Below are positions 56,374 through 64,000 of a stretch of DNA of 64,000 nt, piece after piece. Both the position numbers and the translations under genes were made by a program. The notes beneath the pieces are model-generated. The model was given only the letters and a program-made list of their open reading frames with translations. It did no database searches and was not told the DNA's origin. This DNA is from an uncultured virus (IMG/VR IMGVR_UViG_3300008448_000047) (taxonomy: Duplodnaviria > Heunggongvirae > Uroviricota > Caudoviricetes), in the IMG/VR virus record IMGVR_UViG_3300008448_000047; one strand, 5' to 3'. Each line of letters begins with the position of its first letter. Positions within the stretch are counted from its first letter, which is position 1.

Positions 56374-56856
56374 ATGACTACTCAGGTCACATTGATTGGG
56401 AACGCCACTGGCGACCCAGAACTTAAGTATTTCCAGAACGGAACAGCAAAAGCCACATTTGGTCTTGCCGTCAACCGTTACTGGAATGATGAGAGTGGAG
56501 AGAAGAAGGAGCAAGTCTCGTACTTCACAGTAGAAGGCTGGCGCTACACAGCGGAAGACATTGCACGCGTTGTCGAAAAAGGAATTCGCATTGTTGTCGT
56601 TGGCAAGCTCGAGCAGCAGTCCTGGGAAGACAAGGACAGCGGAGAAAAGCGCTCCAAGGTGATTATCACTGCTGACAACATCGGAATCCACTCCATGGCA
56701 ATCGAAAGCGTTGAGCGCCGTCGTGGTGGAAACTCTGCTGGAATTGCAGACGACTCTGTTGCGACAGCATCACGCAAGGCACCACAAACAGCGGCTAAAA
56801 AGCCAGCTCGTCCAGCTGCGCGCCGCGAAGATTTGGCCGACGAAGAACCGTTCTGA
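56374..56856 (+). CDS. ssb: Single-stranded DNA-binding protein
   Basis: VTLIGN...DPELKY, OB fold, C-terminal DEEPF. Confidence 0.93.
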   Translation: MTTQVTLIGNATGDPELKYFQNGTAKATFGLAVNRYWNDESGEKKEQVSYFTVEGWRYTAEDIARVVEKGIRIVVVGKLEQQSWEDKDSGEKRSKVIITADNIGIHSMAIESVERRRGGNSAGIADDSVATASRKAPQTAAKKPARPAARREDLADEEPF

Positions 56857-57045
56857 GCCTCGGATACCGGCTGTGACTTTGGTCACAGCCGGTTTTTCCA
56901 TATATAACAAGGACTTCAGGGCGGAATATTGTTAACTGTTACCTAAATAAGGTGCAACAAATTCTGCCCTTGGGGTATAATAGATAGATAAGTATTAACT
57001 AGCCCGGTGCGCCGGAGTCATATTCGCCGAACAAAGGAACGAACA

Positions 57046-58248
57046 TTGGATAAAGCAAAGCGTGTATTCGCTATCCTCCTGTTAAGTATTGTTGTTATTG
57101 GGACAGCACCGGCAAAGCTGTCCGCCAGCCCTTCTTTAGGAGAGGGGGTGGTTAGCCGGTCAGCACTTGATTCGCGTGCATGGGAGACCCCCACTAGTTC
57201 TTCAAATTTTGACCTTCGAAAATCGTCCACAGAACGCAAGCACGCATACCCAACAGATGAATTTTGGGACAAGCTAGCCCAGTGCGAAACAGCGCAGAAT
57301 TGGCAAAATGGCGGTCGATGGGCTGGTGGTCTCGGAATCATGAACAACAGCAAATTCCCCAAGCGAGAAATGGGGACATGGGAGCGTTTTGGTGGAGAGC
57401 AATTTGCCCCCACCCCAGACAAGGCAACGCGAGAAGAGCAGATAATTGTCGCTAACCGTATTGCCGTTGAGGGCTACCAGCAGTTGGTTCAGCGTGACCC
57501 AGATTGGGCGCGACGCCAAGGTGTCCCAGCTCAGTACCTGTGGGACCAAAACCCAGTTGGTCTCGGCGGCTGGGGTTGCTATAAGTCCAAGTCAAGCGGT
57601 AAATACCGCATGGACAAGCCAAAGATGTACTACTACGAAAACTACAAAGATGTTGTGCACTTTAAGTTTACGATGAACGAAAAGAGTAAAGCGGTTCACG
57701 ACTTGCAGGTCTTTTTGGGACTAAAGGTGGACAGCTGGTACGGGCCAAAGACTCGTCAAGCGCATCGTAAATACATTAAAAAACACAATATCCAGACGTA
57801 CGACACAATTCCTTACTTGTCCGGTGGGGTTACAGCACAAAGTGTTAGCAGCAATAAAACTGCTCCAGAAAAACGTTGCCCGAAGTGGGAGAAAATGCTC
57901 AAGCAATACAAATTGCCTGTTAAGGATTTTTCTTACATCATGTGGCGAGAGTCGCGCTGTATTTCCAAAGCCATTGGCTGGAACTACAGAAAAGGGATGA
58001 GCCATAAGGACTGCAATCTTGCCCCTGCAGTTCAATACAAAAAATGCAAGGCCGTGAAGTCGTACGACAGTGGTCTATTGCAAATTAATAGCTCATGGGT
58101 AACGGTAACGGCGCAGGTCTGCAAGTCAAAACGAGGAGATATGACAGTTCTCCTCAAGCCTGAATGCAACATTGCTGTCGCTCTGCACTTGTACAATAAT
58201 GGTGGAATGCATCATTGGAAGGCCACTTCTGGCCGGTATCCGGAGTAA
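57046..58248 (+). CDS. Secreted muralytic enzyme: Rpf-like transglycosylase, PG-binding and SLT-like domains
   Basis: WDKLAQCET..NW...GGL...TW..FGG...A...ATREEQI.VA; VD..YGPKT; IMWRESR...DSGLLQIN...P.CNI..A. Confidence 0.8.
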   Translation: MDKAKRVFAILLLSIVVIGTAPAKLSASPSLGEGVVSRSALDSRAWETPTSSSNFDLRKSSTERKHAYPTDEFWDKLAQCETAQNWQNGGRWAGGLGIMNNSKFPKREMGTWERFGGEQFAPTPDKATREEQIIVANRIAVEGYQQLVQRDPDWARRQGVPAQYLWDQNPVGLGGWGCYKSKSSGKYRMDKPKMYYYENYKDVVHFKFTMNEKSKAVHDLQVFLGLKVDSWYGPKTRQAHRKYIKKHNIQTYDTIPYLSGGVTAQSVSSNKTAPEKRCPKWEKMLKQYKLPVKDFSYIMWRESRCISKAIGWNYRKGMSHKDCNLAPAVQYKKCKAVKSYDSGLLQINSSWVTVTAQVCKSKRGDMTVLLKPECNIAVALHLYNNGGMHHWKATSGRYPE

Positions 58249-58252
58249 AGTA

Positions 58253-58453
58253 ATGGGCGTGTACTCGAGAGCTAATAAAATCGAAAAACTTGAAGTAAAG
58301 CATATTCACTTATGGTTCGGAGAGCGAATCGATAAAGATGACATTTCAATAGTGGATGTCACTGTCTGTGCTTGGGTTAACCCACCCAAGGAACAGATAA
58401 CACACAATAAAGAACTCGTAACATGCGATTCATGCATAAGAAGGGCAAGATAA
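58253..58453 (+). CDS. Small hypothetical protein
   Basis: H...C...VTCDSC. Confidence 0.5.
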   Translation: MGVYSRANKIEKLEVKHIHLWFGERIDKDDISIVDVTVCAWVNPPKEQITHNKELVTCDSCIRRAR

Positions 58454-58455
58454 AA

Positions 58456-58737
58456 ATGGTAGGGAAAGACGCTCCAAACATGGACCACTCACACTACGAA
58501 AAGAAAGAAATTTCTTTTAAAGAGTGGATGTCTATGGGTATTGCACGTGGATGGGCTGGTCCGCCAGTGTGTTATACACACGATGGATTACCAACATCGC
58601 CAGGCGAAGATGAAGAGTTTGATGAAGGATTGGACCCGTGTATTCATATTATTCGTCTCTATGAAGACGAGGAACATCGTGCCTCGATTGAAGAATCCCA
58701 CTCCCCTTCACAATGGCGTAACCATTACTTAAAGTAG
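58456..58737 (+). CDS. Hypothetical protein
   Basis: W...GI..GW...PVC.THDG.P...DPC.H..R. Confidence 0.65.
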   Translation: MVGKDAPNMDHSHYEKKEISFKEWMSMGIARGWAGPPVCYTHDGLPTSPGEDEEFDEGLDPCIHIIRLYEDEEHRASIEESHSPSQWRNHYLK

Positions 58738-58806
58738 CTCCACCGCATTATTCTCGCGTGCTGTATTATTGTGTGGGGACAATCCCACCGACAATAAGGA
58801 GCTCAA

Positions 58807-59199
58807 ATGCCGGCAACAATTCCATTTTCAATTTTCACTCTCACATCAGACGAGGTTTTAGCAACAGGTACGAAGGCACGCATGGTAGCCCCATGTGACG
58901 GCAAAATCGTAAAAGTTACAGCTGCTCTTATCAGCGCATCTGTAGGTTCTTCTGTGATTCTCGATGTGAATATCGGTGGAACAACAATTTTCACCACTCA
59001 GGCAAACCGCCCTACAGTGGCGGCAGCTGCAACAACTGCAACAACTGGAACTGCACAGGTTGTTGAGTTTTCAGCCGGCGATGTAATCACTGTAGATGTA
59101 GACCAGGTTGGTTCCGGTACTGCTGGTACCGGCTTCACAGTCGCAATTGCCTACGAAGACAAGGACTCGGCTTCCACACACGCCATTCAGGGTCTCTAA
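58807..59199 (+). CDS. Putative virion structural (decoration-like) protein
   Basis: AAGGAG RBS; Ala/Thr/Val-rich; AGDVITVDVDQVGS; terminator follows. Confidence 0.6.
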   Translation: MPATIPFSIFTLTSDEVLATGTKARMVAPCDGKIVKVTAALISASVGSSVILDVNIGGTTIFTTQANRPTVAAAATTATTGTAQVVEFSAGDVITVDVDQVGSGTAGTGFTVAIAYEDKDSASTHAIQGL

Positions 59200-59245
59200 T
59201 ACCCGACAAGGAGAATGGCCCGGGTGTAACAGCCCGGGCCTTTTT

Positions 59246-59530
59246 CTATTTATTGGTTATGTCGCCAATTTGTCGCGCAATCTGCCCTACAGAAGGGAGA
59301 TAGCTAGATATACCGGCGTTAGATACTTCTCCATCCTTTGCTGATATAGCTTTGGAGTACCCAATCCGTCGGGAAGACTCAACTTCTTCTAGGCGATTAA
59401 GATAGAACTTTAAACTGTTGGTTATGGATTCAATTTCGCGCTTAAGGAAAGCTATTTCTCTTTCTAGTGCGTCTACTTCATCTCTTATTTGGCCCGATAT
59501 GTCGTCAGAGCCACGCTTTGATTTTCTCAT
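59246..59530 (-). CDS. Coiled-coil hypothetical protein
   Basis: Coupled ORF. Confidence 0.55.
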   Translation of the reverse strand: MRKSKRGSDDISGQIRDEVDALEREIAFLKREIESITNSLKFYLNRLEEVESSRRIGYSKAISAKDGEVSNAGISSYLPSVGQIARQIGDITNK

Positions 59531-59883
59531 TTATAACCTTTGACTACTCCGTCAGGAATGACAGCAAACCTGCATTTTCCATTAGATTCTACGGGCATTG
59601 CCAGGATTTTGCAAGAGCTTCCGCCCTCGTACAGTACGCAGTTTGAGCACTTAACCCCGATTGAAGCTTTCTGGTTTTCAGCGGCGCTTTTATATCCGGC
59701 CCATATGCCTTTGCCGTCTTGGTTGAATTTGCCGTGCCTTTTGGCAATTGAAACCAAAGCTTCAGCCAGTTCTTTTTCTTCTTGCTGGAGTACGGGTGCT
59801 TGCTCTGTGACCTTGACTATCCTTATATTGCCTCCGCTCATTAGGGATGCAATGATGTTCATAATTGCGTTGCTATCTTTCAT
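59527..59883 (-). CDS. Protein with HiPIP-like four-Cys domain
   Basis: Y......KCSNC.LY....C......V...G.C.F. Confidence 0.55.
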   Translation of the reverse strand: MKDSNAIMNIIASLMSGGNIRIVKVTEQAPVLQQEEKELAEALVSIAKRHGKFNQDGKGIWAGYKSAAENQKASIGVKCSNCVLYEGGSSCKILAMPVESNGKCRFAVIPDGVVKGYK

Positions 59884-60278
59884 TTGAATTCCGTCCAAGT
59901 CTTATTGCCGACGCCATAATATTCTCTCGCTAGTCCTGATTGAATTATGTCGTTATTCAAGCATGCTGTAGCTGGGTCATTTACGTCTTCAGAGCTGTAT
60001 ATTTTTGCCAAGATTCTGCCGTATTTATCGTTTTTGTCTGGGATTGTGTTCACATATACCCATTTATGACTTGTTAGCCAGTCGGAGGTAAAGTCCTTGG
60101 CTTTAACACCAAGAGCTTTTTCTTCTTTGTTTGATGTTCTCGACTCTGGGGTATTAACGCCATACAGACGAACACGTATTTTGTGGTGTATATCAAACCC
60201 TAGGTCTATACGCAAATCTAGCGTGTCACCGTCTATTACCTTAAGTACTTCGGCACCGTACCAATATCTTTCGTTCAT
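59880..60278 (-). CDS. Thermonuclease (SNase) family nuclease
   Basis: VIDGDT, RVRL.GVNTPE, DKYGRILA. Confidence 0.9.
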   Translation of the reverse strand: MNERYWYGAEVLKVIDGDTLDLRIDLGFDIHHKIRVRLYGVNTPESRTSNKEEKALGVKAKDFTSDWLTSHKWVYVNTIPDKNDKYGRILAKIYSSEDVNDPATACLNNDIIQSGLAREYYGVGNKTWTEFK

Positions 60279-60302
60279 ATAGCAATTATCCCACAAAAGC
60301 AA

Positions 60303-60330
60303 AACCCCCGGGTTTTATCCCGGGGGCCCT
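60303..60330 (-). terminator. Intrinsic terminator after major capsid gene
   Basis: CCCCCGGG-ATAAA-ACCCGGGGG-TTTT on minus strand. Confidence 0.7.
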
Positions 60331-60350
60331 ACTATTGATTTTGTTTGTTA

Positions 60351-61694
60351 TTAGGCAGTTGGTGCTGCGTCGAAGTCAACCTTGACGAATGCTTCTGGAC
60401 GCTTCACTGCAAGAGCAAGACGCTGCTCAGCAAGAACCACAATTGCGTTGCGCACGAAGAAGTCTGCGTGCTGCTCTGAAATGCGGATGCTTGCCTGCTC
60501 GCGGTCGTACAACTGTGCGCCGGTGCCGAAAGCTCCGACGAGAGCTGTGCCCTCTGCGATTGCTGGGGTGTCGATAACTGGCATGCGCCAGATACGCTGT
60601 TCTCCACCAAGAGCTACCGAGACAGCAACGAGGTACTGACCCTGGTCGTCCTTTGCGAGTTCCATGTCTTCCCAGTCGTTCGGGTGCAAGACCACGCCTG
60701 TTGGCTCGTAGTACGAGAGGAATGACAGTGTCGCAGCACGACGGATTGCGTCAGCCTTGTTGTCAGCAACTGGCAAGTGAGCACCTTCGGACCATGCGTA
60801 CTCCTGGATGCCCGTGGTCTGAAGAACACCCTGAAGGTTCTCGCCGGTGCCGTCACCGTTAAGAATTTGAGAGTCCTCAAGAAGACGGAGACCGTACATG
60901 AGTTCGTTGTCGATAATGCTGCGGAGCTGTGGCTCGTCTGCAAGAACGTTGCGGTGTGCAGCTTCCCAGTGTGCAAGTGTGCGTACTGGGGCTTGCTCAC
61001 CGACGAACACCATGCTCGACTGTGGCTTAGCACCAAAAGCAGTATTGCCACCATTGCGCTCAGCAACTGAAGCAGCAGCATTTGTGCCGCCGCCGGCGCT
61101 TGTGAAACCAAGCTGGCGGAAGTACTCAATGACAGCAGCTGTCGTTGTGCGGGTTGGGAAGAGGTCACGAACGCGCTTGGTACGTGTTGGCGGGGTGACG
61201 ATTGGGTCACGCTGAATGGTACCGAACGAACCAGGTGTTCCTGATGGAAGTGCTGAGTAAACGTCCTTGACGCCGTAGTTTGTCAGTGACAAACCAGCCT
61301 GCCAAGGCGAAATCATGTTTGCACCATTCTTGCCACCCTGAAGTGACTTGAACTCTGGGGATTCGGTGAACATTTGACCAATTGACTTGAAGCCCATATC
61401 GCGAGCTGCTTCGTATAGTGCATTTTCTGCACTCTTGGCGTTGTATTCAACTGCGACAGAGTTACCCTCTTCGCGGCTCCATCCGTCAACATCCTTCATC
61501 TGCTCTAGGCCATCGATGAGGCTGCGGATTTCACGGATGTCGCGCATGTTTGAATCGAATGCGGACTTTTGTTCTGAAGACACAACAACTGTGCCATCTT
61601 CAACCTTGAACGAATCAGCAATTGACTTGTTCTCGGCCATTTTTGTTCTGAGTGCGCCTTGTAGTTCGCGTACTCTTGCTTCGTCGTAAGACAT
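60351..61694 (-). CDS. Major capsid protein (HK97 fold, with delta domain)
   Basis: RVRDLFP, VRTLAHW, QILNGDGTG.NL.G, LHPNDW, F.RN....AEQRLAL.V.RP.AF. Confidence 0.93.
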   Translation of the reverse strand: MSYDEARVRELQGALRTKMAENKSIADSFKVEDGTVVVSSEQKSAFDSNMRDIREIRSLIDGLEQMKDVDGWSREEGNSVAVEYNAKSAENALYEAARDMGFKSIGQMFTESPEFKSLQGGKNGANMISPWQAGLSLTNYGVKDVYSALPSGTPGSFGTIQRDPIVTPPTRTKRVRDLFPTRTTTAAVIEYFRQLGFTSAGGGTNAAASVAERNGGNTAFGAKPQSSMVFVGEQAPVRTLAHWEAAHRNVLADEPQLRSIIDNELMYGLRLLEDSQILNGDGTGENLQGVLQTTGIQEYAWSEGAHLPVADNKADAIRRAATLSFLSYYEPTGVVLHPNDWEDMELAKDDQGQYLVAVSVALGGEQRIWRMPVIDTPAIAEGTALVGAFGTGAQLYDREQASIRISEQHADFFVRNAIVVLAEQRLALAVKRPEAFVKVDFDAAPTA

Positions 61695-61837
61695 TTGTCT
61701 TTCTCCTTAGAAAGTTTGGATTTTTGGAATTTTGGGTCAGATACATCTGCTTAGGTAAGCACCCAGCTCCTGTTTCCTGATACCTAATGTACCAAACCTA
61801 ATATCTGTTGTAGTGGAAGTATTGCAAGAAAACAGTA

Positions 61838-62023
61838 TTAATTTGGAACTTGTAAAGCGTCGCCAGATTTAGCTAAATCGTTGGCAGCAAAGCGCATTCG
61901 CCAGTACATGGCGATGTTTTCTGGAGTTTGTTTGACACCATACTTAGACATATCTTCATCTCGTATTGCAGCAAGATAAATCTTTTCAATGTCATCGGAA
62001 AGAATGTTGTTTTCCATCGTCAT
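61838..62023 (-). CDS. Small hypothetical protein
   Basis: ATGA coupling. Confidence 0.55.
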   Translation of the reverse strand: MTMENNILSDDIEKIYLAAIRDEDMSKYGVKQTPENIAMYWRMRFAANDLAKSGDALQVPN

Positions 62024-64000
62024 GCACCTTTTCTTAAAATGTTTGTGACGTTGCCTGTTGTCATTCTGGCTACGTTCACTCCGTCAGGAATTGGCATTGT
62101 GTTGATTATTTCTGCAATTTCTTTATGGGTCAAGTTCGGTCTTGATTTAATCAAACGCTGTACTTCTCTAATTCGTTTGTCAACAAATTTTTGTGTCAAG
62201 CTTTTTTTAATTTTTCTAGCCGTTTGTTCTTTGTTGGGAAGGCGGTAGCTCTCGAGAATCCCAGCCTTACGCATGCGCGTCAACCGTGCTGTCCAATCTG
62301 TACGGTCCATAAGTATGTCGTACTCGTTCCGTAGCGCCTCTAGGGCGTCGGCGACCTGTAGACCGCGACCGTAAACATCCAGTATGGCGTCCTGTACGTC
62401 TTCCTTGGAGTATCTATCTTTGTCGTAGCGCGTAGCCATACTCCCGGATATTTGACCGCCAGAGTTTTCGGGAAGACGGCGCACAAACTGGTTTACGAAC
62501 CTGGCTCCCTCTTCTGAATACCGCTGCTGCCTTAAATCGACGTTGTAACGCTTAATTGCTTCAGACAGAAGGGTGCTGGCAATGCCCTTACGTTTTGAAT
62601 CTGGAGAAATAAAGATGTTTACATTTCCTTTTTTCTCAAGAGGAAGGTCTTGAGGGTAGTGGTAAACAATTCCTTTTAATATTCCTTTTTCATCTCTCCA
62701 CAGAAGACAGTCAACCCATTGTCCAGGCTGGAGACCGTTGCCCGTTCCTTTGAAATACGAAAATCCGGGAGGACCTTTTTTGTCAAACTGAGAAGCTTGC
62801 CCCTTGAATGGCCATGGCTCTCCACCAAGACTTTCTTTTACGTCTTTCCATGGTTTGCCTCTATATTTAGGAGCGTTTCGCATCTCTCTTCTGCTGTTGA
62901 AAGACTCCCAGCCTTCTGCTGGTTGAGTTATTCGACCAGATATTGAGCCACCCATTCTGCCGGAAACGGATACGGGTTCAACAGCACGTCTGTAGCGAAT
63001 TCTTGTATCAGGAAGTGTTACGCCATCGTCTTCCCATGCCAATAGCTCTTCGGGGGTAACGCCTTCACCAAACTTGTCTTTGCGCGACTTTTTGATAAGC
63101 GCCCTAATTTCATCCCGGGTTTTTCTTTCAGAATCGCCTAACTTTCCTCTAAAAATATCGTTTACTGATTCAGAAAGTTTTTTCAGAAATTTGTTTTTTG
63201 CATCCTCGTCGTACCAATAGTAACCGTTGCGCGGCCAGTGTGATGCTCCAAAGAGTCCTTCTGGGCTGTAATTATCTCCGTACAAAGATATTTCTGATAT
63301 GCCCAATTCTCTGTATATTTCTTCGTTTCGCGCGTTTAGTGCGGTTCCTATACCGAGTCCCTGTTGTTGAAATTTTACTACCATCCCCTTGTGTTCTGCT
63401 TCTGCTGAATTGTCGTCAAAGTACAAAACCCTGTCAAAAGATGCAAGGCTATTGTTATCGTTAAGTTGACTTGGATTGGTCCCTAAATGTTTGGGGAAAA
63501 CCAGTCCAGATATTTCTATGCGCGTTTTGTTTGCTGGGATGGTATAGCCACCCCTGTCATAACCTCCGTCGCCGGTGTTGGTTACCTTCACGTCTATAGG
63601 AATTACATTGAACTCATTGCCTCTGTTTGTTTTTGTTCTGTCTATGTAGTCTTTATTCCCAACTATTACACCGGTAAAAGCTTCCTTCATTGCTTTTTTT
63701 ATTTCGCTGTATTTGCCTTTATTTGCAATAAGCTGTCTTGCTTTTCTGGCTGCAGACCTCTCTCTGCCTGAAATAGCTTGATTTTCTGCAGATTTCTTTA
63801 TACCGGCACTTGACATTCTTCCGGATATGTCACCGTTTTGTGCTGCCCAGATAATGATGTCCATCGGGAGCTCTTCATTTTCAAATGCGTCCATTGCTCC
63901 AGGTGTCTTGTTCAAAACATCTTTAACAATTGATTGCTGTGCTGGGGTAAGTGATTTCCATGTTGACTCAAGCGCGTCATCTGATACAAAGTCATCAATT
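62020..64000 (-). CDS. Large multidomain protein with two GNAT-like domains, 5' end outside window
   Basis: Frame open to window edge; QQQGLGIGT and KRKGIASTLL acetyl-CoA loops; repeated (I/V)SG(R/S) linkers. Confidence 0.75.
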   Translation of the reverse strand, partial: IDDFVSDDALESTWKSLTPAQQSIVKDVLNKTPGAMDAFENEELPMDIIIWAAQNGDISGRMSSAGIKKSAENQAISGRERSAARKARQLIANKGKYSEIKKAMKEAFTGVIVGNKDYIDRTKTNRGNEFNVIPIDVKVTNTGDGGYDRGGYTIPANKTRIEISGLVFPKHLGTNPSQLNDNNSLASFDRVLYFDDNSAEAEHKGMVVKFQQQGLGIGTALNARNEEIYRELGISEISLYGDNYSPEGLFGASHWPRNGYYWYDEDAKNKFLKKLSESVNDIFRGKLGDSERKTRDEIRALIKKSRKDKFGEGVTPEELLAWEDDGVTLPDTRIRYRRAVEPVSVSGRMGGSISGRITQPAEGWESFNSRREMRNAPKYRGKPWKDVKESLGGEPWPFKGQASQFDKKGPPGFSYFKGTGNGLQPGQWVDCLLWRDEKGILKGIVYHYPQDLPLEKKGNVNIFISPDSKRKGIASTLLSEAIKRYNVDLRQQRYSEEGARFVNQFVRRLPENSGGQISGSMATRYDKDRYSKEDVQDAILDVYGRGLQVADALEALRNEYDILMDRTDWTARLTRMRKAGILESYRLPNKEQTARKIKKSLTQKFVDKRIREVQRLIKSRPNLTHKEIAEIINTMPIPDGVNVARMTTGNVTNILRKGA

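Overview
A 64-kb piece of a large tailed (HK97-fold) bacteriophage genome. Three WhiB genes, an Rpf-type muralytic enzyme, an LPxTG protein, actinobacterial-type LexA boxes and a probably leaderless transcript point to an actinobacterial host (inference). Layout: glycosyltransferase, tail and surface proteins and a lysis cassette (0.2-10 kb); phosphoesterase, Ntn protease, WhiB and a replication-initiation module (10-16 kb); an accessory region of small promoter-gene-terminator cassettes around a MoxR/vWA pair (14.7-32 kb); HARP-SNF2 helicase, PAPS-reductase-like gene, primase-helicase, terminase-small-like gene, thioredoxin and class II RNR (33-46 kb); ten tRNAs and an unexplained structured RNA (43-55 kb); ParB-like gene, SSB, Rpf/SLT enzyme, major capsid protein and a truncated multidomain protein (55-64 kb). 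The most unusual signal is the 14.7-32 kb region. It carries 16 co-oriented copies of TCTTCCRCCACCGTC on a roughly 724-bp lattice, most followed by AGCCCCG and a patch dense in palindromic restriction sites. The genes between them are almost purged of those sites, use promoters with a CRP-like box, and five cassettes end in a translationally coupled 16-18 aa hydrophobic micropeptide. All calls were made by eye, without database searches.
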